Positions 49,806-58,071 of a DNA stretch of 64,000 nucleotides are shown here, one piece after another. How positions within the stretch are numbered: position 1 is the stretch's first letter; each line of letters opens with the position of its first letter. The notes below the pieces were generated by a model that ran no database searches, was not told the DNA's origin, and saw only the letters and a list, made by a program, of their open reading frames with translations. The DNA comes from Flavobacteria bacterium GWA2_35_26. GTDB taxonomy: Bacteria > Bacteroidota > Bacteroidia > Flavobacteriales > Flavobacteriaceae. Where the stretch lies: NCBI GenBank assembly GCA_001800905.1, contig MGWH01000005.1, positions 56,303-120,302 of the forward strand, given 5' to 3'. A program made the translations under genes and the position numbers.

Positions 49806-50344
49806 TTTGAAGTGACATAGGCTTCTATTTTTTTTACTGCATGGTGATAGGAGGCTTTTAATGCGCCAACTGAAGTGTCTAAAATAGTTGCGATTTCTTC
49901 ATATTTTAATTCTTCAAAATATTTCATTTTGAAAACCAATTGTTGTTTAGTGGGTAATAAAGCTATGGCTTTTTGTAGTTTGATCTGAATTTCATTACCA
50001 TCAAAAAAAACATCCGATTGCAGATTATCAATTATTTTGGCATTTATTTCTTCCGTAGAAGTATTATTTTTTTTGGCTTTTTGTTTGATAAACGTTAGCG
50101 ACTCATTAGTAGCTATTCGGTACATCCATGAAAAAAGTTTACTTTCTCCTTTGAAGTTTTTTAGATTTTGAAATACTTTAATAAATGTATTTTGGAGAAC
50201 ATCGTCAGTATCATCATGGTTCAATACAATATTTCGAATATGATGATACAAAGGTCTTTGATAGGTATGCAAGAGTTTTTGAAACGCTTCATTTTGCGTT
50301 TTAGGATCCAATAATTCTTGAATAAATTCTTTTTCTTCTTGCAA
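49802..50344 (-). CDS. ECF-subfamily RNA polymerase sigma factor (TTG start)
   Basis: DDVLQNTF, LFSWMYRIATN (region 2), LP..QQLVF, YEEIA..L..SVGALKASYH (region 4.2). Confidence 0.93.
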   Translation of the reverse strand: MQEEKEFIQELLDPKTQNEAFQKLLHTYQRPLYHHIRNIVLNHDDTDDVLQNTFIKVFQNLKNFKGESKLFSWMYRIATNESLTFIKQKAKKNNTSTEEINAKIIDNLQSDVFFDGNEIQIKLQKAIALLPTKQQLVFKMKYFEELKYEEIATILDTSVGALKASYHHAVKKIEAYVTSN

Positions 50345-50361
50345 AATTTTTGTTTAACTGA

Positions 50362-50390
50362 TTAGAATAGAAGGGATCCAAAAGGTTTAA
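50362..50390 (-). promoter_or_regulatory. Candidate autoregulatory ECF promoter
   Basis: Minus strand TTAAACC-TTTTGGATCCCTTCTA-TTCTAA; same 16-nt spacer as the copy at 49776-49805. Confidence 0.5.
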
Positions 50391-50398
50391 TCAAACGA

Positions 50399-51493
50399 TT
50401 AAATTTCTGATGGATTGGTTTCTGTTTCTGAATCTGGAGTATTTTCAGTTTCTGGAACTATTTTGGGTGTTTCTTTTTTGGGTTTAACCCGAAAGTAAAA
50501 TTCAGTTTTCCATTTAGAGGGTTTTTTTATATCACTTTTACTGATGGTAAATATTGCTATATGTGAAAATGGAGAATCAGGTGTAATTACTTTTTGATTA
50601 ATATACGATTTCGATTTTTTCAGGGCTTCTTTGGTATGCGAATAGTCCCCGTAAAGAGAAGTTTTAATGGCTGAAAATGATTCTAATTCATCCGCTAAAA
50701 TATCACTTCCTTCACTCGTAATAATGGCTTCTTTAATAGGAATACAAAGCGAAATTTTTGCTAATCCACTTTTTTCATCATAGGTGTGGTAAATAATGAA
50801 GGGTTTGCCATTGCGTTCAATTTCATTTTGCTCACAAAAAGCAATTATTTTTGGAAAAACAATTCTCGAATTTCGTACTACCTTACTAATTTTACTGGTA
50901 AAACTTTGATAAAGGTATGGGGTTCTCAATTTTTGAACTAATCCATTTACTTTGATTTTGTAAGTGTTGATTTCATATACCAAACTACGATCTAGGTTAA
51001 CCAAACTTTTATCAAAAAGGTCACCAATAATTTTGCGGGCTCCACCATGTAAAGCAGTGTAAATTTTATAAGAGAAACTCATTTCTCCTACCGATTTTAC
51101 AGTAACTTTTGTTCCGCCTAAAGTATCTTTGAATATCCAAGTGATTTTGAATTTGGAATCATCCCAATCCATTTTTTGATGAATACTATCATTTTCTTTT
51201 AGCGATAAAGTTTGAATTGTTCCAGTACCTTCAGAGCCTTCCCAGGTGAATTTGGCCCCTTTGCCTAAAGTATTTTTGTAGAATTGCCCTTTTAATGAAG
51301 TATCTCCCAACATATAATACATAAAATCTTGCCAGTTTTCAGCATCATTTACGTAATTGTACACGTTTGATTTTGAAGTATGAATAATTTTACTTTTTTC
51401 GATGGAAAAATTACCTTTTTGTGTTGCTATAAAAACAGAAAAAGATATAAAACTAAGCAAAAGTAAAAGGAAGAAATATTTTAAGATTTTCAT
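50399..51493 (-). CDS. Membrane-anchored SRPBCC + GyrI-like small-molecule-binding protein
   Basis: N-terminal TM; GKGAKFTW and TKVT (SRPBCC); GKPFIIYH and GDYS (GyrI-like). Confidence 0.7.
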   Translation of the reverse strand: MKILKYFFLLLLLSFISFSVFIATQKGNFSIEKSKIIHTSKSNVYNYVNDAENWQDFMYYMLGDTSLKGQFYKNTLGKGAKFTWEGSEGTGTIQTLSLKENDSIHQKMDWDDSKFKITWIFKDTLGGTKVTVKSVGEMSFSYKIYTALHGGARKIIGDLFDKSLVNLDRSLVYEINTYKIKVNGLVQKLRTPYLYQSFTSKISKVVRNSRIVFPKIIAFCEQNEIERNGKPFIIYHTYDEKSGLAKISLCIPIKEAIITSEGSDILADELESFSAIKTSLYGDYSHTKEALKKSKSYINQKVITPDSPFSHIAIFTISKSDIKKPSKWKTEFYFRVKPKKETPKIVPETENTPDSETETNPSEI

Positions 51494-51566
51494 ATTGACT
51501 GTAAAAGGGTTGCTTACGTAAAGTTACGTTATTTTATTTCACAATATCTGTTGAAAAAAAAATATA

Positions 51567-51755
51567 CTAGCGCTTAAAGAAAATCTTGATTACAAAAAGT
51601 AATCCTATAAATACTAAAAAACCGATCAATATTTTATAATTCCCTTTGTAAAAAATTTGGTGCAATCGCGCATCTTTTCGATAAGAAAAAAACATTGCAA
51701 TTACAAAAGCTATAAAAAAAAGGAGTCCGAAGATTAATTGTCCTGTACTAAACAT
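51567..51755 (-). CDS. Small two-TM conserved hypothetical protein
   Basis: 62 aa with two hydrophobic helices; TAAATTTG -7 element at 51774-51781. Confidence 0.65.
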   Translation of the reverse strand: MFSTGQLIFGLLFFIAFVIAMFFSYRKDARLHQIFYKGNYKILIGFLVFIGLLFVIKIFFKR

Positions 51756-51823
51756 CTGTTGAAAATTTTAAAGCAAATTTAGGCATTTATTCAAGAATAG
51801 TTGTTAATTTTCCAATCCAATTA

Positions 51824-52222
51824 ATGAATCCATTTATGCAAAAACAAATTAAAGCGGTTAAGGAATTTCACACCGCATTTCGAATAGGACATAGTGAGTC
51901 ACCCGTTGCCGATTTGGGCGAAACCAAAAAGCATCTTCGTTATAATTTAATGAAAGAAGAGAATGAAGAGTATTTAGAAGCCGTTTTAAACAATGACTTG
52001 GTTGAAATAGCAGATGCATTAGGCGATATGCTGTATATACTTTGTGGGACAATTATCGAACACGGTTTGCAACATAAAATCGAGGAAGTGTTTGATGAAA
52101 TTCAGCGCTCAAACATGAGTAAATTAGGAGAAGATGGTAATCCAATTTATCGTGAGGACGGAAAAGTAATGAAAGGGCCGAATTATTTTAGACCTGATTT
52201 TTCTAAAATTTTAGGAGAATAA
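51824..52222 (+). CDS. MazG-like/PRA-PH all-alpha NTP pyrophosphohydrolase
   Basis: KEENEEYLEA, EIADALGDMLY, SNMSKL, DGKVMKGPNY; alternative start at 51836. Confidence 0.85.
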   Translation: MNPFMQKQIKAVKEFHTAFRIGHSESPVADLGETKKHLRYNLMKEENEEYLEAVLNNDLVEIADALGDMLYILCGTIIEHGLQHKIEEVFDEIQRSNMSKLGEDGNPIYREDGKVMKGPNYFRPDFSKILGE

Positions 52223-52242
52223 ACTAAATTAATTTTAATATA

Positions 52243-52276
52243 AAAAAAGCGATTTTCATCTGAAAATCGCTTTTTT
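52243..52276. terminator. Bidirectional terminator
   Basis: AAAAAAGCGATTTTC-atct-GAAAATCGCTTTTTT, perfect 15-bp stem. Confidence 0.85.
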
Positions 52277-52294
52277 GTATTTAATAAGTATTGG

Positions 52295-53362
52295 TTATAC
52301 TTTGACAGTCCAACCAAAAGTATCTTCAGCTACTTTATTTTGAATATTAGTTAGTTTTAATTTTAAATCGGCAGCCACTGAATTATCTAATTTAGGTAAT
52401 TCGTAGTAGTGGTCTTTGTATGAGAATCCCGCAATTGGGCTAATTACGGCAGCTGTTCCAGCACCGAAAATTTCTTTTAGACTTCCGTTTTTAGCAGCTT
52501 CTACTAATTCGTCTACTAATACAGAACGTACTTCAACTTGGATACCTTCTCTTTTAGCTAAATCAATAAGTGTTTTTCTAGTAACTCCATCCAAAATACG
52601 CTCACTTGTAGGTGCTGTATATAAAGTATCATTGATTCTGAAAAACACGTTCATCGTACCCGCTTCTTCTAGTTTCGTATGGGTTGCATCATCGGTCCAA
52701 ATCACTTGTTGGAATCCTTCTTTGTTAGCCAAATTAGTTGGGTAAAATTGCCCCGCATAATTGCCAGCTGCTTTTGCTGCACCAATTCCGCCATTTGCAG
52801 CTCTACTGTAATGTTCAGCTACAATTACTTTAACTTCACCTGCATAATACGATTTAACAGGAGATAGGATAATCATGAATTTATAGTTGTCTGAAGGATT
52901 GGCGATTACACCGGTTCCAGTTCCAATCATAAATGGTCTTATGTACATAGAGTTTCCGTCGCCTTTTTTTACCCAAGCTTGGTCTATTTTAAGTAATTCT
53001 TTCAAACCATCCATAAAAATAGTTTCAGGAACTTCAGGCATTGCCATTCTAACCGCTGATTTATTGAAACGTTTGTAGTTCTCATCAGGTCGGAATAACC
53101 AAATTGCATCTTGCTCGTCTTTGTAGGCTTTCATTCCTTCAAAAATTGCTTGACCATAATGAAAAACACGAGTCGAAGGATCTACTAAGAAAGGAGCGTA
53201 GGGTTTGACAGTTGGAGTTTGCCATTCGCCATTTATAAAATCACATTCAAATAAGTGATCTGTAAAAACGGCTCCAAAACTTAGGTTATCAAAATCTACC
53301 TCATTAATTTTAGAAGTAGCAGATGGTATAATTTCAATTTTTTTGGTTTGAGTTGCACTCAT
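52295..53362 (-). CDS. ilvE: Branched-chain amino acid aminotransferase
   Basis: FHYGQAIFEGMKAY, LFRP, YIRPF, AKAAGNY (PLP Lys), EEAGTMN, ILDGVTR, GAGTAA. Confidence 0.95.
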   Translation of the reverse strand: MSATQTKKIEIIPSATSKINEVDFDNLSFGAVFTDHLFECDFINGEWQTPTVKPYAPFLVDPSTRVFHYGQAIFEGMKAYKDEQDAIWLFRPDENYKRFNKSAVRMAMPEVPETIFMDGLKELLKIDQAWVKKGDGNSMYIRPFMIGTGTGVIANPSDNYKFMIILSPVKSYYAGEVKVIVAEHYSRAANGGIGAAKAAGNYAGQFYPTNLANKEGFQQVIWTDDATHTKLEEAGTMNVFFRINDTLYTAPTSERILDGVTRKTLIDLAKREGIQVEVRSVLVDELVEAAKNGSLKEIFGAGTAAVISPIAGFSYKDHYYELPKLDNSVAADLKLKLTNIQNKVAEDTFGWTVKV

Positions 53363-53641
53363 AATAAAGAATAATTTTTATTGTATAAATGAAAAGCAAT
53401 TGCTCCTATTTTTTAACGATTACAAAATTAAATAAAAATCGGCAAAATACTTATGAAAATACTATTAATTAAAGCATTTATCTGTGATTTATGTATATTT
53501 AAAAATAATCATTCAATTAAGGTTGATTTATGGGAATTATATAATAAATATCATTTTTTTTCGAATGAAACGTTTTTGTTTTAACTAATTTTGGGCATAA
53601 AATAAAACGCCTTAGGTAGTATAAATTTCAAATAAAAGGTA

Positions 53642-54316
53642 TTGGAAAGAGAAATTATTCAAACGCTCGATGGTTCTACAACAATTCATCTCAAAGAATG
53701 GGATGAATGTTATCATTCCAAACACGGTGCTATTCAGGAAGCGCAACATGTTTTTATTAAAAATGGACTTTCCTTATTTCCAAATCAAGCAGTATCTATT
53801 TTAGAGATAGGATTTGGTACAGGGTTAAATGCTTTTATTACTTTATTGGAATCTAAAAAATTCCATCAATCGATACATTATGTTGGAGTAGAAGCTTATC
53901 CTGTGAATGCAGCTGAAGTTATAGCAATGAATTATGTGACCGAGTTAAATGCAATTTCAGATGAAGCTCTATTTAAAAAAATGCACGAAAGTAACTGGGA
54001 TGAAAAAGTTTTTTTACATCCTGAATTTGAGTTAACCAAACGAAAGCAGTTTTTTGACGAAATTGATGCAGTCGAAGAATTTGATTTGATTTACTTTGAT
54101 GCTTTTGGCTATCGAGTGCAACCGGAACTATGGAGTACAGCGATTTTTAAAAAAATGTTTACTGCTCTTCGGCCAGGTGGTAAATTAGTTACTTATGCTG
54201 CGCGAGGAGTAGTTAAAAGAAGCATGATTGAGGTTGGATTTACAGTTGAAAAGTTAGCTGGACCACCGGGAAAAAGAGAAATGTTTCGTGCAAGTAAAGC
54301 TATTGAGTCAGTTTAA
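53642..54316 (+). CDS. mnmD: tRNA mnm5s2U34 methyltransferase (MnmC N-terminal-type; TTG start)
   Basis: DGS.T, YHSKHGAIQEAQHVF, ILEIGFGTGLN, IYFDAF, GPPGKREM. Confidence 0.85.
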   Translation: MEREIIQTLDGSTTIHLKEWDECYHSKHGAIQEAQHVFIKNGLSLFPNQAVSILEIGFGTGLNAFITLLESKKFHQSIHYVGVEAYPVNAAEVIAMNYVTELNAISDEALFKKMHESNWDEKVFLHPEFELTKRKQFFDEIDAVEEFDLIYFDAFGYRVQPELWSTAIFKKMFTALRPGGKLVTYAARGVVKRSMIEVGFTVEKLAGPPGKREMFRASKAIESV

Positions 54317-54429
54317 TTTCGGGAATAAAATAAATTACTTAAAACTTCGTTAAAATAACACTATGTCATTTACTATTGATGTAATTTTATACAGCGAAAT
54401 TTAAAGTTTAACCCAAAATTGAATTCATT

Positions 54430-54627
54430 ATGACAAAAGTAATGCTTGACTACACCAAATCTATTCTAGAGAGAGTCAGTTTTGATCCTGCACTTTTTTA
54501 CAAAGAATTACAAAAAGCGATTAAAACTTTATTGCCCCATGAAATGGTCCAATTAAAAGAATGGTTATATAGATTTACAAATGAAAAACCAGAACTAAAA
54601 CCCTGTTTGTTAGTTATTAATTCATAA
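54430..54627 (+). CDS. Small conserved hypothetical protein (65 aa)
   Basis: YTKSILERVSFD..LF.KEL.KA..LLP.E...L..W helical pattern; followed by a terminator. Confidence 0.65.
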   Translation: MTKVMLDYTKSILERVSFDPALFYKELQKAIKTLLPHEMVQLKEWLYRFTNEKPELKPCLLVINS

Positions 54628-54658
54628 AAAAAAGGAACCAATTTGGTTCCTTTTTTTT
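54626..54658. terminator. Bidirectional terminator
   Basis: A8-GGAACCAA-t-TTGGTTCC-T8. Confidence 0.85.
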
Positions 54659-55598
54659 ATTTTTTGTTTAATGGGCTAATGATTTCTACATTTTGAAATG
54701 CAATGGCTCCTTTAATTATTCCGGAAATAGTATTCCGTAGCGCGTCGATGATATGAATTTTCAGTTCGCTTTTTGGATAAATTATGCTGACTTCACGAGC
54801 AGGTTTCGGCTCTTTAAAATGGCGTAGTTTATTTTTATCCGATTCATTTAAGTCTAAAGTATGTAAAAAAGGCAATAAGGTGGTACCTAGTCCCTCATTG
54901 GCTAACTTAATCAAAGTTTCAAAACTACCACTTTCTATTTGAAAATGATTGATTTCATTTCTGGTATTATTTCTACATAAATTAAGGATACCATCTCTAA
55001 AACAATGTCCGTCTTGTAGTAATAGAATTTCGTCCAAATTCAAATCGGCAACTTCAATTTCTTTTTTCTGGTAATGTTGATGTCCCTCAGGAATATAGGC
55101 CATAAATGGCTCATAGTAAAGCACAATCTCTTTGATTTTTTCTTCTTGGAGCGGAGTTGCAGCAATCGCCGCATCCAAATGGCCGTTGTTTAATTTTGTA
55201 ATTATTTCAGCAGTATTGAGCTCTTCAATAATCAATTTTACTTTTGGATATTTTTTGATAAAATTTTTCAAAAACATCGGAAGCAAAGTAGGCATAATGG
55301 TAGGGATAATACCTAATCTAAATTCACCACCTATAAATCCTTTTTGTTGTTCAACAATATCTTGAATTCGATCAGCTTCATTAACAATACTTTTAGCTTG
55401 AGTTACAATTTTTTGACCTATATCGGTCAATTGTATGGGTTTTTTGGTGCGATCAAAAATTTGGATATTAAGTTCCTCTTCAATTTTTTGAATTTGCATA
55501 CTCAAAGTAGGTTGAGTTACAAAACATTTGTCTGCAGCTAGCGTAAAATTTTTGTATTCAGCTACTGCAAGTACATATTTAAGTTGAGTAATAGTCAT
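54657..55598 (-). CDS. oxyR: Hydrogen peroxide-inducible genes activator OxyR (LysR family)
   Basis: LysR HTH, GIIPTIMPTLLP, redox pair GHCFRDGILNLC (C199/C208 equivalents), SFETL. Confidence 0.93.
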   Translation of the reverse strand: MTITQLKYVLAVAEYKNFTLAADKCFVTQPTLSMQIQKIEEELNIQIFDRTKKPIQLTDIGQKIVTQAKSIVNEADRIQDIVEQQKGFIGGEFRLGIIPTIMPTLLPMFLKNFIKKYPKVKLIIEELNTAEIITKLNNGHLDAAIAATPLQEEKIKEIVLYYEPFMAYIPEGHQHYQKKEIEVADLNLDEILLLQDGHCFRDGILNLCRNNTRNEINHFQIESGSFETLIKLANEGLGTTLLPFLHTLDLNESDKNKLRHFKEPKPAREVSIIYPKSELKIHIIDALRNTISGIIKGAIAFQNVEIISPLNKK

Positions 55599-55618
55599 AA
55601 GAATAGTTTATATTGATG

Positions 55619-55712
55619 CAAATATAAAAACAATAAGTTAAACTTATAGACTGTCTTCAACTTTTAAATTGCTTATAACTCATTACTATAAATAGTTATA
55701 CCATGACGCTAT
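55619..55712. promoter_or_regulatory. oxyR promoter and candidate OxyR boxes
   Basis: Minus-strand TATATTTG (55619-55626); palindrome ATAAGTTAAACTTAT (55633-55647); ATAA-N7-CTAT (55675-55689) and ATAC-N7-CTAT (55698-55712). Confidence 0.55.
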
Positions 55713-55724
55713 AACAAATTAGTA

Positions 55725-56690
55725 CTACGATGTGCAATTAATTATTGATAAATATATTGGCATGCCAATGGTTATATTCACTGGAAATGTTATGGCTAAA
55801 GCCATAGGTAAGTAAAGTCCAGGATTTGCTTTTGGAACTGTAATTTTCATTGTAGCTGGAACTGCTATATATGATGCACTTGCGGCTAATACTGAAAAAA
55901 TAAATCGGTTTGAAATATCATCGGTTACAACGGAACTTAATATTGCAAATAAACACCCATTTACAATTGGGATTGCCACTGCAAAAACTAATGGAAACCA
56001 TCCACTGCTAAAGAAGGATTTTAATTTTTTCCCACTCGTGATTCCCATATCTAATAAAAATATTGCAAGAAAGCCTTTGAATAAATCATTTGTGAACGGC
56101 TTTATTCCTTGAGCTTGTTCTGCATTAGCTAGATAGCCAATAACTAAACTTCCAAGGATAAGCAGAACGCTACCATTCGTTAGCGAATGTTTTACAATAG
56201 ATTTTTTTTGGAATTTAGTATTATCTCCTTTGTAAAAAATCGAAATAAGCATTAATCCAATAATTATGGAAGGCGATTCCATTATTGCCATAACTGCAAC
56301 CATATGCCCGTGTAATTGCAACTGATGCGCCTCTAAATAAGATACTGCGGTAACAAATGTAACGGCACTTACAGATCCATATGCTGCTGCAATAGCCCCT
56401 GAATCAAAGAGGTTTAATTTTCTTTTCAGAATAAAAAAGGTATATACTGGAATTATTGCCGAAATACCAATACCAAATAATAAAGACCATATAATTTCAG
56501 TTGAAAAGGTTTCGTGGGATAATTCTTGCCCCCCCTTAAAACCGATGGCAAATAAAAGATATAAGGAGATAAATTTTGAGGAATTTTCAGGAATTTCTAA
56601 ATCACTTTTCAAATACACTGCAATGATTCCAAGTACGAAAAAGAGAAGAGCTGGATTTGTTAAGTTTTCAATGAGCAAGTTTACATTCAT
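55725..56690 (-). CDS. sbtA: SbtA-family sodium-dependent bicarbonate permease
   Basis: LFFVLG...KSDLEIP, LYLLFAIGFKGG, AAAYGSVSAVTF, ESPSII, LLILGSL, FLLDMG, AASASYIAVPA, ITFPVNI.IGMP. Confidence 0.88.
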   Translation of the reverse strand: MNVNLLIENLTNPALLFFVLGIIAVYLKSDLEIPENSSKFISLYLLFAIGFKGGQELSHETFSTEIIWSLLFGIGISAIIPVYTFFILKRKLNLFDSGAIAAAYGSVSAVTFVTAVSYLEAHQLQLHGHMVAVMAIMESPSIIIGLMLISIFYKGDNTKFQKKSIVKHSLTNGSVLLILGSLVIGYLANAEQAQGIKPFTNDLFKGFLAIFLLDMGITSGKKLKSFFSSGWFPLVFAVAIPIVNGCLFAILSSVVTDDISNRFIFSVLAASASYIAVPATMKITVPKANPGLYLPMALAITFPVNITIGMPIYLSIINCTS

Positions 56691-56718
56691 AATTATTTAT
56701 ATCAAGTTTAGGTTTTAT

Positions 56719-58071
56719 TTATCGAATTTTTGAGAATTGTAGTCTCATTCCTTTTGGGGAATAATCAAATACTCCGTTAGTATATACTATATTTCCGTTT
56801 ACAATAGTTGTCATAATTTTACTTTGGAAAACTTGTTCTTCAAAAGGAGACCATTTGCATTTATATAAAATATTTTCTTTTGTCACTTTCCATGATTGGT
56901 TTATATCAACTAATACTAAATCAGCATAATAACCTTCTCTTATATAACCGCGCTCTTTTAGCTTATAAATTTCAGCAACATAATGAGCCGTTTTTTCAAC
57001 AATCATTTCTAATGTCAATTTATTTTGATGATACATTTCTAGCAATGCAGGAAGAGCATGCTGTACTAATGGACCTCCGGACATGGCTTGAAAATAGGTT
57101 CCTGTTTTTTCTTCTATGGTATGGGGAGCATGATCTGTAGCAATTATGTCTAATTTTCCGCTATGTAATGCATCAAATAAACCCTTTTGATTCATTTCTG
57201 ATTTGATTGCAGGATTCCATTTTATTTTGGCTCCTAATTTTTTGTAATCTTGGTCTGAAAACCACAAATGATGAACGCAGGCCTCGGCAGTAATTCGTTT
57301 TTTATGTAAAGGTGTTTTGCAATCAAATAATTCGGTTTCAGCTAGAGTTGAAATATGAAATAAATGCAATCTATTTCCGTATTTTTTTGCAATATCAATT
57401 AATTCTTTCGTGGTGGAGTAACATGCTTCTTCGTTTCGTATTATGGGGTGGTATTCAAAAGGAATATCTGAATTGAATTGAAGTTGTAACGTTTCAGTAT
57501 TCTTCTTGATAATAGCATCGTTTTCGCTATGTAACGCTATTAAAGTATTGGAATTGGCAAATATTTTTTCGATATATTCTGGGTAATTGGCTATAATCCC
57601 ATCCTCTTTAGAAAAATACAATCCGTCATCTGTAACCCCACAAACATTTTCCGTATCTGTTTTTAAAGTTTCCTCCCAATTATCTTTGGTAAGCCCCATA
57701 AAAAAAGAATAATTGGCTAATGATTTTTCATCTGCTAACGAATATTTTTGTTCAAGTAATTCATTAGTAAGTGTATTAGGTAACGTATTTGGCATGTCCA
57801 TAAATGAGGTAATACCTCCAGCAACAGCTGCTATAGATTCGGTGAATAGGTCAGCTTTGTGGGTAAGTCCGGGTTCTCTAAAATGAACTTGATCGTCAAT
57901 AAATCCGGGAAGTAGGTATAAGCCTTCTGCATTAATTTCATTGCAAACAAGTTCTTTGTGTATCGCAATTGAATGATCAATTTTCTCGATTCGATTTTTG
58001 TTAATTAAGACATCTTTGGTAACAATTCTCCCTTCGTTAACAATCTGTGCATTTCGTATTATTAGTCTCAT
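56719..58071 (-). CDS. pyrC: Dihydroorotase (Bacteroidota long-type scaffold) with a TDDG motif at the usual carbamylated-Lys position
   Basis: IDDQVHFREPG, DMPNT, HLFHIST, EACVHHL, IKWNP, IATDHAPH, SGGPLVQH, WSPFE; residues 143-150 read VCGVTDDG. Confidence 0.85.
   Translation of the reverse strand: MRLIIRNAQIVNEGRIVTKDVLINKNRIEKIDHSIAIHKELVCNEINAEGLYLLPGFIDDQVHFREPGLTHKADLFTESIAAVAGGITSFMDMPNTLPNTLTNELLEQKYSLADEKSLANYSFFMGLTKDNWEETLKTDTENVCGVTDDGLYFSKEDGIIANYPEYIEKIFANSNTLIALHSENDAIIKKNTETLQLQFNSDIPFEYHPIIRNEEACYSTTKELIDIAKKYGNRLHLFHISTLAETELFDCKTPLHKKRITAEACVHHLWFSDQDYKKLGAKIKWNPAIKSEMNQKGLFDALHSGKLDIIATDHAPHTIEEKTGTYFQAMSGGPLVQHALPALLEMYHQNKLTLEMIVEKTAHYVAEIYKLKERGYIREGYYADLVLVDINQSWKVTKENILYKCKWSPFEEQVFQSKIMTTIVNGNIVYTNGVFDYSPKGMRLQFSKIR

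Noticed and set aside
53541-53554. ATAATAAATATCAT, a 13/14 match to the hemN Fnr-like box
   Set aside because: Very AT-rich, lacks the conserved G, and no -7 element sits 22 nt away on either strand (nearest is 31 nt).
54355-54367. Half-site TGTCAT upstream of the 65-aa gene
   Set aside because: Left half and spacing do not fit ATGAY-N4-RTCAT.
57883-57891. Gln in place of the first metal-binding His in pyrC (DDQVH)
   Set aside because: From recall, DDQVHFREPG is the normal Bacteroidota PyrC sequence, so it is not a special feature of this copy.
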